Part shown: in pieces, positions 7,830 to 18,435 of the stretch
Layout: each line of letters begins with the position of its first letter
Numbering within the stretch: the stretch's first letter is position 1
Assembly (NCBI GenBank): GCA_963719515.1
Contig: CAVRCJ010000010.1
Span: forward strand, 672,001-736,000
Reading direction: 5' to 3'
From: an uncultured cyanobacterium
Lineage (GTDB): Bacteria > Cyanobacteriota > Cyanobacteriia > CAKZMO01
DNA length: 64,000 nt
Notes under the pieces: generated by a model
The model's database searches: none
Seen by the model: the letters and a program-made list of their open reading frames with translations, nothing else
What the model was told of the DNA's origin: nothing
Translations under genes and position numbers: made by a program

Positions 7830-10328
7830 ATGACGCCACTAACCCTGCCCCAGTCTTCCTCGCTTCCCACTGTGCAGGAACTCCCCATCTCCTACGACCC
7901 CTCCTCTCCCTGCCCCCAGTGGGTCGACGTTCTGGTAGACAGCCCCAGCGCCCGCGATCTCTACACCTACCGCTGCCCCGAAATGGCGATCGCCCCTGGA
8001 GACATTCTCAGCGTCCCCTTCGGCAGCCAGCAGCTGGGGGGCATCGCGGTACAGCTGCGGACCCTATCCCCTGACCTAGACCCCGCCACGATTCGAGAGG
8101 CTCAGGTGGTGAGTCGGGGCTTTTTTCCGTCCGACTACTGGACCCTGCTGCAGCGGGTAGCCGACTACTACTGCGCCCCCCTGATGTCGGTGATTCGTAC
8201 AGCGCTGCCCCCCGGGCTATTGGGCCAGTCTCAGCGGCGGGTGCGACTGCAGCGCGATCGCTACAGCGAGCTGCAGGCCCTAGCGCTCTCTCCCGCCGCT
8301 CAGCAGCTGGTTGCCCTACTGCTGAAGCAGCCCCAGGGCGACTATTCTTGGGTCTATTTGCGGCGGCAGGTGAAGGGGGCCGCCAAGGCGCTGCGGCAGC
8401 TCCAGCAGCTGGGGTGGGCGGAGAGCTATTTGGAGCCCCCCGCCCACGTGAAGCCCAAGCGCCAGCAGGCGGTGACTCTGATAGGAGACTCTGAGACCCT
8501 GACGCCCCGCCAGCGGGAAGTGCTAGAAGTCCTGCGCAAGCGGGGGGGAGATCTGTGGCTGCGGGAGCTGCTGCAGGTGTGCGCGACTAGCTCCTCTACG
8601 GTAAAGACGCTAGAGCGCAAAGGCTGCGTCACCATTCAGGCGAGGGAGCGGCTGCGCACCGCTTCGGGGGCCGTAGCGATCGCCGACCCGAAGCGCGAGC
8701 TGACCCCAGCCCAGACTGAAGCGGTGCAGACGCTAGAAGGGCTAAAGGGCTTTCACTCGGTGCTGCTCCACGGCGTTACCGGCTCCGGCAAGACCGAGGT
8801 GTACCTGCGGGCGATCGCCTCGGTTTTAGAGACGGGGCGCTCCGTGCTGCTGCTGGTGCCGGAAATCGGGCTGACCCCCCAGCTCACCGACCGAGTCACG
8901 GCTCGGTTTGGCGATCGCGTCCGGGTCTACCACAGCGGCCTTTCAGACGGCGAGCGCTACGACGCCTGGCGGCTGATGCTGCAGGGGGTGCCCCAGGTGG
9001 TGATTGGCACCCGCTCCGCCGTGTTTGCGCCTCTCCCGCACCTAGGGCTAATTATCCTGGACGAAGAGCACGACGGCTCCTACAAGCAAGACCAGCCCGT
9101 TCCTTGCTACCACGCCCGCACCGTCGCCCGCTGGCGAGCCGAGCTGACGGGCTGTCCGCTACTGCTGGGGAGCGCCACGCCGTCTCTGGAGTCTTGGGTG
9201 GCGGCGCAGGCCAAGCAGCCCCGCCACCACTACCTCTCCCTGCCGGAGCGCGTCGCCGCCCGGCCGTTGCCCAAAATCACCGTCGTCGACATGCGCCAGG
9301 AGCTACACAAGGGCAACCGCTCCATCTTTAGCTATCCTCTGCAAGATGCGCTGCAGGCCCTCAAAGAGCAGCAGCGCCAGGGCATTTTGTTCATCCACCG
9401 CCGGGGCCACAGCACCTTTGTCTCCTGCCGCGCCTGCGGTGAAGTGCTCACCTGCCCCCACTGCGACGTTTCGCTGACCTATCACCAGCCCACCGCTCGC
9501 TCAGCCCCCTCCCTGCGCTGCCACTACTGCAGCTACGGGCGATCGCAGCCTGAAACCTGTCCGGAGTGCGACTCTAGCTACCTGAAACACTTTGGCAGCG
9601 GCACCCAGCGGGTGATGGAGGCCCTGGGTCAGCAGTTCCCCGAGCTGCGCTGCCTGCGGTTCGACAGCGACACCACCCGCACTAAAGGATCTCACCGCAC
9701 CCTGCTCACCCGGTTTGCGCGGGGCGAGGCGGATTTGCTAGTCGGCACCCAAATGCTCACTAAGGGCATCGACCTGCCCCAGGTGACCCTGGTGGGGGTG
9801 GTGACCGCCGACGGCCTGCTGCACCAGTCCGACTACCGCGCCAGCGAGCGGGCCTATCAGCTGCTGACCCAGGTGGCGGGCCGGGCCGGGCGGGGGGAGG
9901 AGCCGGGGCGGGTAATCGTCCAGACCTATTCCCCTGAGCACCCGGTGATTGAGGCGGTGCAGCGGCAGGACGAGGCCGGATTCCTGCATACCGAGCTGTC
10001 CCAGCGAGAGGCGCTGAGCTACCCGCCCTATGGCCAGCTGATTGGCCTGCGCTTTAGCGGCACCGATGAGGAGATGGTGCAGCAGACGGCGGAGGCGATC
10101 GCGGCCCGGCTGCGTCCCCCCGAAGACGGTCCCGTCAGCTACCAGATTCTCGGCCCCGCCCCAGCCACCATTCTGCGGGTGGCCCGCCGCTATCGCTGGC
10201 AGCTGCTGATTAAGTGTGCGGGAGAGGCCGCCGCCGTAGTTCGGCAGCTAGAGCTAGCTAGTCTGCGATCGCGCTGCCCTGCTACAGTGAGCGTGACCGT
10301 GGATGTCGACCCGCTTCACCTGCTGTAG
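7830..10328 (+). CDS. priA: primosomal protein N'
   Basis: GVTGSGKT, DEEH, CxxC zinc motifs, QVAGRAGR. Confidence 0.97.
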   Translation: MTPLTLPQSSSLPTVQELPISYDPSSPCPQWVDVLVDSPSARDLYTYRCPEMAIAPGDILSVPFGSQQLGGIAVQLRTLSPDLDPATIREAQVVSRGFFPSDYWTLLQRVADYYCAPLMSVIRTALPPGLLGQSQRRVRLQRDRYSELQALALSPAAQQLVALLLKQPQGDYSWVYLRRQVKGAAKALRQLQQLGWAESYLEPPAHVKPKRQQAVTLIGDSETLTPRQREVLEVLRKRGGDLWLRELLQVCATSSSTVKTLERKGCVTIQARERLRTASGAVAIADPKRELTPAQTEAVQTLEGLKGFHSVLLHGVTGSGKTEVYLRAIASVLETGRSVLLLVPEIGLTPQLTDRVTARFGDRVRVYHSGLSDGERYDAWRLMLQGVPQVVIGTRSAVFAPLPHLGLIILDEEHDGSYKQDQPVPCYHARTVARWRAELTGCPLLLGSATPSLESWVAAQAKQPRHHYLSLPERVAARPLPKITVVDMRQELHKGNRSIFSYPLQDALQALKEQQRQGILFIHRRGHSTFVSCRACGEVLTCPHCDVSLTYHQPTARSAPSLRCHYCSYGRSQPETCPECDSSYLKHFGSGTQRVMEALGQQFPELRCLRFDSDTTRTKGSHRTLLTRFARGEADLLVGTQMLTKGIDLPQVTLVGVVTADGLLHQSDYRASERAYQLLTQVAGRAGRGEEPGRVIVQTYSPEHPVIEAVQRQDEAGFLHTELSQREALSYPPYGQLIGLRFSGTDEEMVQQTAEAIAARLRPPEDGPVSYQILGPAPATILRVARRYRWQLLIKCAGEAAAVVRQLELASLRSRCPATVSVTVDVDPLHLL

Positions 10329-10357
10329 GGTTTGTTCTTTCACCCAATCTTTCGCCC

Positions 10358-10936
10358 ATGCTGCTCCCCGCCGCCCTGCTGGCTCCCTTTTTAGCCCAGA
10401 TTCTTGAGGCCCCTGACACCCCTGAACCCGCCCCCACCGGGGTCATCCTGCAGCTCTACGTGCTAGAGGTGACCCCCAGCCCGGGCCTAGACCTGCCGCC
10501 CCTAGAGCAGCGTCCGGCGGTGTATGCGGAGCTAGCTCTAGGGAACCAGCAGCGCACCACCTTAGCGATCGCTCCCGAGGTGATTGGCGACAGCGTTTTC
10601 CCAAACTGGGGGCTCAGCGCCCGGCAGGACGCCCCGCGTCTCGCACCCGGCCATCCCACCCAGATTATTATCCGGGTGTTCGACCAGGACAGCGAGCTAG
10701 AGGACATCATCGACGACAAGGTCGTGCAGACGGCGATTCAGTTCGACCCCTATGCCTGCGAGGCCTCTATCAACGCCTTTGACCTGACGGGGCGCTGGCA
10801 GGACGATGTGACCTGCGTGCTGCCCATCGACACTATCGAGAGCGAAGGTGGCACGATGGGGGTGGTGCTGGCGGCTCGCTGGGCCAACGCCGCGCCAGGG
10901 GCTAGAGGTGGAGGGCGTGAGGAAGCAGAAAACTAG
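10358..10936 (+). CDS. hypothetical exported protein
   Basis: 192-aa ORF with hydrophobic N-terminus, directly downstream of priA. Confidence 0.6.
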   Translation: MLLPAALLAPFLAQILEAPDTPEPAPTGVILQLYVLEVTPSPGLDLPPLEQRPAVYAELALGNQQRTTLAIAPEVIGDSVFPNWGLSARQDAPRLAPGHPTQIIIRVFDQDSELEDIIDDKVVQTAIQFDPYACEASINAFDLTGRWQDDVTCVLPIDTIESEGGTMGVVLAARWANAAPGARGGGREEAEN

Positions 10937-11511
10937 TCCGGCAGGCTATCTGGCTTAGAGCGGGGAAATTGCCCTCGGCGCTTGCGGGCTTCCATCGCCC
11001 GCTCCAGCATGTTGAGCAGCCCCGGCGCTTCTTCCTGCAGGGTCAGCAGCAGGCGCTCACCCATGTCAATATCTGAAGGGTCCTCCCCCGTTTCCATGAC
11101 GGACCTGAGGCGAGGCATGGCGATCTCATCGATGATTTCCACAAGCCCCTGCAGACAGCGGTTAAACTGCCGCTCAGTGAGGGTCGAGTCTTCCAGCGGA
11201 AATTCAATGATGGCGCGGATCTCGCCGTCTGAGGGGTCATACTCCCACTGCAGCATCTTGGTCTCCCAAGAAATGCGCAGCATGGTCTGCAGGATAGAGA
11301 GCTTGTAGGGATGATCCTGAATGCCAGCCAGCACCCGGGGCGCAAACAGCTTGAAAAATTCGCCCTCTTCTTCTAGCTGCACCACGATTAGGAAGTCGTC
11401 GATGTAGGCGGCATAGCCCTCTATTAGCACCCGCTGCCCGTCCTGGTCGAGGCTGTAGCTCCAGACGGTGTTCTCTAGATAGCTGGCAATTTGCTCTAGG
11501 GTTACGGCCAT
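10933..11511 (-). CDS. YbjN/chaperone-like conserved cyanobacterial protein
   Basis: LEEEGEFFKLFAP...WETKMLQWEYDPSDGEIRA. Confidence 0.75.
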   Translation of the reverse strand: MAVTLEQIASYLENTVWSYSLDQDGQRVLIEGYAAYIDDFLIVVQLEEEGEFFKLFAPRVLAGIQDHPYKLSILQTMLRISWETKMLQWEYDPSDGEIRAIIEFPLEDSTLTERQFNRCLQGLVEIIDEIAMPRLRSVMETGEDPSDIDMGERLLLTLQEEAPGLLNMLERAMEARKRRGQFPRSKPDSLPD

Positions 11512-11748
11512 GGATGCCCTCAAAGACGTACAAATAGCGGATCCGATCATATCAGGCTGTGGTGAGAGGACGATGAGTCCTCTTCAGGTAAGGCTGATGG
11601 CCGTTTTGAGCGATGGAATAGACCGCAAGCTAAGGCCTAAGCTGAACTGGGGAGCGCTGGTGAGGAATCCGTATGGGGTCACCCCTGTAGACCGACTTCT
11701 CGAACGGCAGACTGCTTGGCTACACTGGGGTTATAGGCAAAACAGCCA

Positions 11749-13272
11749 GTGAGCCACAGCGCCACTGCCGCCGTCTTGCCGCTACTATCGTCACCCCACA
11801 ACTCACCCATGGCGCTCCAACACCCATTCGCAATTTTTCGTAAGCCGCTGGTCATTGGCGGACTCGGGCTCACCGCAGGCGTCTGGCTTTGGGAGAGTAT
11901 CATGCCCACCGGCATGGACTGGAGCGGCACTCTGCTGTGGGGATCGGCGATCGCGGGAACCGGGCTGTGGTGGCTGCGTCAGCGGCAGCCCAGCGTAATG
12001 CCGCCGGACGTGGTCAAGCCCGTTAGCCTAGAGCAGTTTCAAAAAGATATCGAGCGCCTCGAAGGAGAGCTGAACCAGCTCAAAACTGAAGGGGGAGAAG
12101 CGGGGAGCGCTCAGGTTGCGGCGCTGGAGGAGAAGCTACAGCACTGCCGCGACAGCCTGACGCGATCGCAGCTGACCGCAACTTTAGTCGGTGCGCAAGG
12201 CGTGGGCAAAACCGCTCTTATGGCGCAAATTCAGGCCGCTGACCTGAACCTTGAAGGCTATCAGCTCCAGTACTGCGATACGCCAGGGCTGTTTGGGGCC
12301 GACGCGCCGGAAGATGCCCTAGAGACCTTAGCCAGCCTAGACATCGCTGAGAGCGACCTGATTGTGTTTGTGGTGGCTGGGGATCTGGTAGACGAAGAAT
12401 ATAATCTGGTTCAGTCGCTGCTGAAGCAGGGGCACCGGGTCTTGGTGGCCTGCAACAAATGGGACCGCTACCTACCCGCCGAGCAGCCCTCTATTTTGCA
12501 GCAGGTGCGCCACCACCTCAGCCAGCTCAGCGAGCAAGATATTCTCTCAGTGATGGCGGCACCCGCGACCATCAAGCGGCGTCAGCACCAGGACGACGGC
12601 ACAGTGGCCGAGAGCACCATCACACCTGTCGCAGACGTAGCGGCACTGGCCACCCGGCTTACCCAAGTGGTGAGCCAGGAAGGGCGGCAGCTGGTGCTGG
12701 GCAGCGCTAGCCGACAGCTCGGGGGCTTAGTCTCCCAGGCCCAAGGCTACCTGAATGGCCACCGCCGCCGTCAGGCCACTCCGGTGATCGAGCGCTATCA
12801 GTGGCTGACTGGGGCGACGGCCTTTGCCAACCCGCTGCCCACCCTTGACGTGGTGGCGACGGCGGCCATCAACGGGCAGATGGTGCTCGATCTAGGCAAG
12901 CTCTACAAGCGATCGCTCTCTTTAGACCAGGCTGAGGTGACCGCCAAGGCCCTGGCCGAGGTGATGGTAAAGCTGGGCCTCGTCGAGATTGCGAGCCAGG
13001 CCATCAGCCCATTATTAAAAGGCCATCTGGTGACCTATGCCGCTGGCGGGGCGCTGCAGGGGCTGAGCGCCGCCTACCTGACGCGGGTGGCGGGTCTGAG
13101 CCTAGTAGAATATTTTGAGACTCATCCTACCGATACGACTATCAATATCGGCCATCTGACACCGATTTTGCAGCGGTTGATGTCGCAGCAGAGACGGTTG
13201 GATTCTCTGAAGCAGTTTGTGCAGCAGGGCGTGAAGCGACTGGCTCCCGCCGCGGCAGCGCCAGCGACTTAG
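11749..13272 (+). CDS. YcjF/DUF697-family GTPase-like membrane protein
   Basis: GAQGVGKT, DTPG, NKWD; C-terminal FANPLPTLD. Confidence 0.85.
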   Translation: MSHSATAAVLPLLSSPHNSPMALQHPFAIFRKPLVIGGLGLTAGVWLWESIMPTGMDWSGTLLWGSAIAGTGLWWLRQRQPSVMPPDVVKPVSLEQFQKDIERLEGELNQLKTEGGEAGSAQVAALEEKLQHCRDSLTRSQLTATLVGAQGVGKTALMAQIQAADLNLEGYQLQYCDTPGLFGADAPEDALETLASLDIAESDLIVFVVAGDLVDEEYNLVQSLLKQGHRVLVACNKWDRYLPAEQPSILQQVRHHLSQLSEQDILSVMAAPATIKRRQHQDDGTVAESTITPVADVAALATRLTQVVSQEGRQLVLGSASRQLGGLVSQAQGYLNGHRRRQATPVIERYQWLTGATAFANPLPTLDVVATAAINGQMVLDLGKLYKRSLSLDQAEVTAKALAEVMVKLGLVEIASQAISPLLKGHLVTYAAGGALQGLSAAYLTRVAGLSLVEYFETHPTDTTINIGHLTPILQRLMSQQRRLDSLKQFVQQGVKRLAPAAAAPAT

Positions 13273-13381
13273 CGCAGTCTGGGTCCGCCTTCGCAGGTTG
13301 TCGCCGTCTCCACAAGTTAACGTCAGCGTGACTTAGCCCAGGCGGCGACATTAGATTGCCCACTTTCAGGATTTATCTGCC

Positions 13382-14812
13382 ATGGTGAACCGCGCCTACC
13401 TAGCGCAAGCGCAAGCGGTCCTTGAGCAAACCTTGACCCGGTATCGATCAGACTTGGGACCGTCCTCGGCAGAGGGCGTCACCCTCAAGGCTGAGCTAGA
13501 GGAGATGGCCGAGGCGCTAGAGACCCTAGAAGACCCCGTGATTCGCATTGCGGTGTTTGGGGTGGTGAGTCGCGGCAAGTCTGCGGTGATCAATGCCCTG
13601 ATGGGCAAAAAGCTGCTGAAGACAGGTCCGCTCCATGGGGTGACCCAGTGGCCCCGGTCGGTGTATTGGTCTCCTACAAATGACCTGAAAGTTGAGCTGG
13701 TGGACACCCCCGGGCTGGGGGAAGTGCAGGGGGATGAGCGGGCCGATATGGCCCGGACGGTGATTGACCAGGCTGACCTGGTGCTGTTTGTGGTGGCGGG
13801 AGACCTGACGCGCACCGAATATACGGCTTTAGAGGCGCTGTGGCAGGGGCGCAAGCCGCTGCTGATAGTGTTCAACAAGATCGACCAGTACCCCGACCGA
13901 GACCGGCAGAGCATCGCTCAAATGCTTAGAACAAGGGCGCTGCAGAATAAAGCGCTGCAAACTCAGACGCCATCGGAGCAACCCTCGCTCCAGTCGCCGC
14001 CGGAGGAACCGTCGCTGCCAGAGCCGTCACCGTCGCAGCCTGCCGCTCTAGAGCCCACTGCACCGCCTTTAAACCTTTCCCCCGACGATATCGTTTTAGT
14101 GGCTGCAGACCCTGCCCCCCTGCAGGTGCAGGTCGACTGGCTCGACGGGCGCACCACCTATGAGTGGGAAACGCCGCCCCCGCAGATTGAGCCGCTGAAG
14201 GAGCGACTGCTGGCGGTGCTGACTCAAGATGGAGAAGCCTTAGTCGCCTTGAGGGCGCTGCGGCAGGCCCAGCAAAGCGAGGCAGCGATCGCCAAAAAGA
14301 ATTTGTTTCGCCACAAAGAAGAGGCCGACGACCTGATTTGGACCTTCGCGCGCTGGAAGAGTCTGGTGGTGGCTATCAACCCGGTGGCGGGGCTTGACTT
14401 GGCCGGGGGCGCGATATCGGACCTGGTGATGATTCGCACTCTGGCGCGGCTCTACGGGCTGCCAATGACCAGCCATGGGGCTAAGGATCTTTGGAACGCT
14501 ATTGTGTGGAGCGCGGGTGGTCTGCTGGTGGGTGAGTTTGGCAGCGGCCTACTTTTAGGCTTTGGCAAAAGCGCTACGGCGGCGATGACGGCGGTTTCTG
14601 GCGGCGCCAGCTTAGGAGCCTACGCTTCGACAGCGTTTGCTCAAGGAACTTTAGCCGGCTATGGGTCATACCGAGTGGGGAAAGCGGCGCAGACCTATCT
14701 AGAAAACGGCTGCACTTGGGGACCGGACGGCATCAATGCCGCTATTCAAAAGCTCTTCAGTCAAATCGACGGAGACAGCGTGCTGCGGCGGCTGCGGCAG
14801 AACGGCCCATAG
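13382..14812 (+). CDS. GTP-binding protein with DUF697 domain
   Basis: GVVSRGKS, DTPG, NKID; VAINPVAGLDL. Confidence 0.88.
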   Translation: MVNRAYLAQAQAVLEQTLTRYRSDLGPSSAEGVTLKAELEEMAEALETLEDPVIRIAVFGVVSRGKSAVINALMGKKLLKTGPLHGVTQWPRSVYWSPTNDLKVELVDTPGLGEVQGDERADMARTVIDQADLVLFVVAGDLTRTEYTALEALWQGRKPLLIVFNKIDQYPDRDRQSIAQMLRTRALQNKALQTQTPSEQPSLQSPPEEPSLPEPSPSQPAALEPTAPPLNLSPDDIVLVAADPAPLQVQVDWLDGRTTYEWETPPPQIEPLKERLLAVLTQDGEALVALRALRQAQQSEAAIAKKNLFRHKEEADDLIWTFARWKSLVVAINPVAGLDLAGGAISDLVMIRTLARLYGLPMTSHGAKDLWNAIVWSAGGLLVGEFGSGLLLGFGKSATAAMTAVSGGASLGAYASTAFAQGTLAGYGSYRVGKAAQTYLENGCTWGPDGINAAIQKLFSQIDGDSVLRRLRQNGP

Positions 14813-14836
14813 ATTACTTAAGATGAACCGAGCTAG

Positions 14837-15727
14837 GTCTATAACTACGCCCTGCGTGAACGCAAAGATTGGATAAATTCTAGAAGCTGTGCGGCTAATG
14901 CCTGCTCGCTTCAGTCGGAGTACATTGTGGCGGCAGATGCGCCCTACCCTGACGACTGCGAGCAGCAAAATGCATTGACCGCCGCCAAAAAGTGCTCTCC
15001 CCACTTGAAAGATGTTCACTCTCAGGTGATTCAAGAGCCTATTCGCAGAGTAGAGGCAGCGTTCGCTGCTAGAAAAGAGCGAGGCCATGGTTTCCCACGC
15101 TTTAAGAAGTTTGGGTAATACCGCTCGTTTCTGTTTCCACAGTTCAAGGAAAACCCGGTGAGAGGCAACCAAATTAAGCTGCCAAAGCTGGGCTCTATAC
15201 GCATCGTCTTGCACCGAGCTATCCCTGATGAGTTCGAGGTGAAGACGGTGCGCATCGTCAAAAAGCACTTGGGGTGGTACGCCACCCTTTGCATTCAAGC
15301 CGATGTCGATTTCGTAGAAGAGCTGGACTTGCGCATCATGGCGAAAGGGATGCTGGGCAAGCACACCCTGGACGCTGGCCTTGGGCAGTTCGTCAACCAG
15401 GTGCTGCCCTGGGTATGCTTCAAGCGCGGCGTCTACTACGGCAAAGTGCACCCTTACGGCACCTCTCAGGAGTGCCCTGACTGTGGTTCGGGGTCAAAAA
15501 GTCCATAGGCGATCGCGTCCATCGTTGTCATGCCTGTGGGTCGGTTAAGCCGAGAGATATCGCGGCTGCTCAAGTTGTCAACGCCCGTGGAATTTTGGGT
15601 ACTCAAATTGCCTGTGGAGCCGAGGTAGCGGGGATGTGGGGGACCATATCTAGCCAACTGGCCCAGAAGCAGGAAACTCATCGGGTGACCGATGAAGCCC
15701 GCGCTCTATCGCGTCAGCAGTATTCAC
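14837..15727 (+). pseudogene. tnpB: degraded IS200/IS605 tnpB element
   Basis: VYNYALRERKDW, HSQVIQ, GFPRFKK* (stop 15116-15118), IKLPKLG, TSQECPDCG; RuvC-I region deleted; right-end-like AAGCCCGCGCT...TTCAC. Confidence 0.85.
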
Positions 15728-15801
15728 CGAGAGCAACCTTGCGGTAGGATCATCTTTAAACCTCAATACGCCCCAAGGTGTGCGATCGCACCGGAGACCT
15801 C

Positions 15802-16956
15802 ATGGATGACAAACAGATGCTAATGATTCCTGGCCCTACGCCAGTACCAGAGCGGGTACTGCAGGCCATGGCCAAGCACCCCATCGGTCATCGCAGCGGC
15901 GAGTTTTCTGAAATTTTGGCCGAAGTCAATCAAGGGCTCAAGTGGCTGCACCAGACCAGCCAAGACGTGCTGATGCTGACCGCTAGCGGCACCGGCACCA
16001 TGGAAGCGGGCATGGTCAACTTTCTAAGTCCGGGCGATCGCATCTTAGTGGGCAGCAACGGCAAGTTTGGCGAACGCTGGGCGCTGCTGGGCGAGGCCTA
16101 CGGGCTCCAGGTGGAGCGGGTGGAGGCCGAGTGGGGCAAGGCGCTGGACCCCGAGGCGTTTCGCACCAGGCTAGAGGCTGACGCCGACAAGACCATCAAG
16201 GCGGTGGTGGTCACCCACAGCGAGACCTCGACCACGGTACTCAACGACCTAGAAACCATCAACAGCCACGTCAAGGCCCACGGCGAAGCGCTAATCATGG
16301 TAGATGCGGTCACTAGCCTAGGGGCCATCAGCGTGCCGGTGGACGTCTGGGAGCTAGACGTGGTGGCCTCCGGCTCTCAAAAAGGGTACATGATTCCGCC
16401 AGGTCTGGGGTTTATCACCGTCAGCGAAAAGGCCTGGAAAGCTTACGAGACGGCTACCCTGCCGCGCTTCTACCTCGACCTAGGGAAGTACCGCAAAGCG
16501 GCGGCCAAAAATAGCACCCCCTTCACGCCCCCGGTGAACCTAGTGTTCGCGCTCCACGCCGCTCTAAAAATGATGCAGGCGGAGGGCCTCAACGCTATTT
16601 TTGACCGCCACCTTCGCCAGCAGCGGGCGACGCGGGCGGCGATGATGGCTTTGGGTCTGCCCCTGCTGGCGGCGGATGAGGTGGCCAGTCCGGCGGCCAC
16701 CGCCGTAGCCCCGGTGGGGACCGAAGCCGAATACATTCGCAGCGCCCTCAAGCAGCGCTACGACATCATTACCGCCGGGGGCCAGGACCACCTGAAGGGC
16801 AAGATCTTCCGCATCGGCCATCTGGGCTTCGTGAGCGATCGCGACATTCTGAGCGTGGTGGCGGCCATCGAGTCGGTGCTGATGGAGGCGGGTCAGCTTC
16901 AAGACGCAGGGGCCGGCATTAAAGCCGCCGCCACAGCGCTGAGCGCCCACATCTAG
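15802..16956 (+). CDS. alanine-glyoxylate aminotransferase family (class V PLP enzyme)
   Basis: MIPGPTP, HSETST, VDAVTS, SGSQKG, FRIGHLG. Confidence 0.93.
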   Translation: MDDKQMLMIPGPTPVPERVLQAMAKHPIGHRSGEFSEILAEVNQGLKWLHQTSQDVLMLTASGTGTMEAGMVNFLSPGDRILVGSNGKFGERWALLGEAYGLQVERVEAEWGKALDPEAFRTRLEADADKTIKAVVVTHSETSTTVLNDLETINSHVKAHGEALIMVDAVTSLGAISVPVDVWELDVVASGSQKGYMIPPGLGFITVSEKAWKAYETATLPRFYLDLGKYRKAAAKNSTPFTPPVNLVFALHAALKMMQAEGLNAIFDRHLRQQRATRAAMMALGLPLLAADEVASPAATAVAPVGTEAEYIRSALKQRYDIITAGGQDHLKGKIFRIGHLGFVSDRDILSVVAAIESVLMEAGQLQDAGAGIKAAATALSAHI

Positions 16957-16962
16957 ACTCCC

Positions 16963-17685
16963 ATGGTGTCTCCCCGCGATCGCATTATCGTTCCTCTCGA
17001 CGTCCCCACCCAGGACGACGCCCTGCGGTTGGTGGACCAGCTCCCCGACGTGCTGTTTTGGAAGGTGGGCCTAGAGCTGTTTGTCAGCGCGGGTCCCGAT
17101 ATCTTGTCGGTGCTCCGCGCCCGTGAGAAGAAGGTGTTTTTAGACCTAAAGCTGCACGACATTCCCAACACGATGATGGCGGCCTGCCAAGCAGCGGCGG
17201 GCTACGGCGTGGACCTGCTGACGGTGCATGCGGCGGCGGGCCACAGTGCTCTCTCGGGCTTACCTGACGCCGCCAGTCGGGGTGCAGCGGCAGCAGGGGT
17301 GCCGCCGCCCCAGGTGATTGGCGTGACTCTGCTCACCAGCATCGACGCCCGCACCCTAGCCTTCGAGCTGAAGGTGCCCATTGAGCTGCCGGAATATGTG
17401 CTGCAGCTGGCTCTACTGGCGCGGGACAGCGGGCTAGCCGGAACCGTCTGCTCGCCCCAGGAGGCCGCCCAGCTGCGGCAGGTGTGCGGCGAGGACTTTT
17501 TGCTGGTCTGCCCCGGCATCCGCCCGGCGTGGTCCGAGGCTGGGGATCAGCGGCGATCGCTCACCCCGGCGGCGGCGATTAAGGTAGGAGCAGACTACCT
17601 GGTGATTGGCCGACCGATTACGGCAGCCGCAAGCCCGGTTGACGCTTACCACCGCGTCTGCGACGAACTGTCGAGTCTAGGCTGA
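16963..17685 (+). CDS. pyrF: orotidine-5'-phosphate decarboxylase
   Basis: [26 protein letters not shown]. Confidence 0.97.
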   Translation: MVSPRDRIIVPLDVPTQDDALRLVDQLPDVLFWKVGLELFVSAGPDILSVLRAREKKVFLDLKLHDIPNTMMAACQAAAGYGVDLLTVHAAAGHSALSGLPDAASRGAAAAGVPPPQVIGVTLLTSIDARTLAFELKVPIELPEYVLQLALLARDSGLAGTVCSPQEAAQLRQVCGEDFLLVCPGIRPAWSEAGDQRRSLTPAAAIKVGADYLVIGRPITAAASPVDAYHRVCDELSSLG

Positions 17686-17687
17686 GT

Positions 17688-18428
17688 ATGGCGCGACTCA
17701 ACCGGTTAGTTAGACGAGCTGTCAGAAATTTGTTTCGCCGTAAAATCTACCTTGCAGTGAGTCTTGCTGCAATTAGCGCTGCTGTAGCCGGTTTAGGGCG
17801 CGGGGCTCCAGCCGCACAGACCCTAGATGACCGCGACGCTCCGGTCCCCGACGCCATTGCCCCGTTGCGCTCCCCAACGGTTTGCCCAGACGACTTCGAG
17901 CTGATGACCCAGTCTCTCCTGCGGGATTTGCCAAACTACGCCAACCGGGTGCTGGCGCGCTCGGCGCGAAGAACGGCGCTGACGATTTCCGAAGAGCTGC
18001 GCCAAGAGCCGCCCAGGCCGTTGATCTCAGCGTATGACTTACAGACCCATATCGCCCTGGCGGGCCAGGCCACCTACGATGAGGCAATTCCCGGACCACG
18101 CTGGGACGGCCCGTCGCCCGAAGACCTAGCCAACGGCGGCATCCGGCAGATATTTTTCACTACCCTAGAGCGGCAGTATAGGGGCGATCGCCTCACCCGG
18201 CTCCAGCATTACCACTGGGCAATGATTGCCGACACTAGCCAGGGCTGGCGGCTGACGGGCTTGTTTTCCCGCATAGGAGGGTACCCCGCCAACCAGCCCC
18301 CCTCTCCCTTTGGCGAAACGACCTACGGAGACGTGGGCCGCGCCATTGACCTGTGGCTACGGGACTGTGAGGCCGGCGCAGTTGAGGGCAACCCGGCCGG
18401 CAGCAGCGGGGTCGAAGAAGAGAGCTGA
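17688..18428 (+). CDS. conserved cyanobacterial hypothetical protein
   Basis: LLRDLPNYANRV, FFTTLERQY, AIDLWLRDC. Confidence 0.75.
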   Translation: MARLNRLVRRAVRNLFRRKIYLAVSLAAISAAVAGLGRGAPAAQTLDDRDAPVPDAIAPLRSPTVCPDDFELMTQSLLRDLPNYANRVLARSARRTALTISEELRQEPPRPLISAYDLQTHIALAGQATYDEAIPGPRWDGPSPEDLANGGIRQIFFTTLERQYRGDRLTRLQHYHWAMIADTSQGWRLTGLFSRIGGYPANQPPSPFGETTYGDVGRAIDLWLRDCEAGAVEGNPAGSSGVEEES

Positions 18429-18435
18429 GCGTCGG

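Noticed and set aside
11749..14812. Tandem DUF697 GTPases as a novel system
   Set aside because: Common conserved cyanobacterial genes as far as I know; nothing unusual seen
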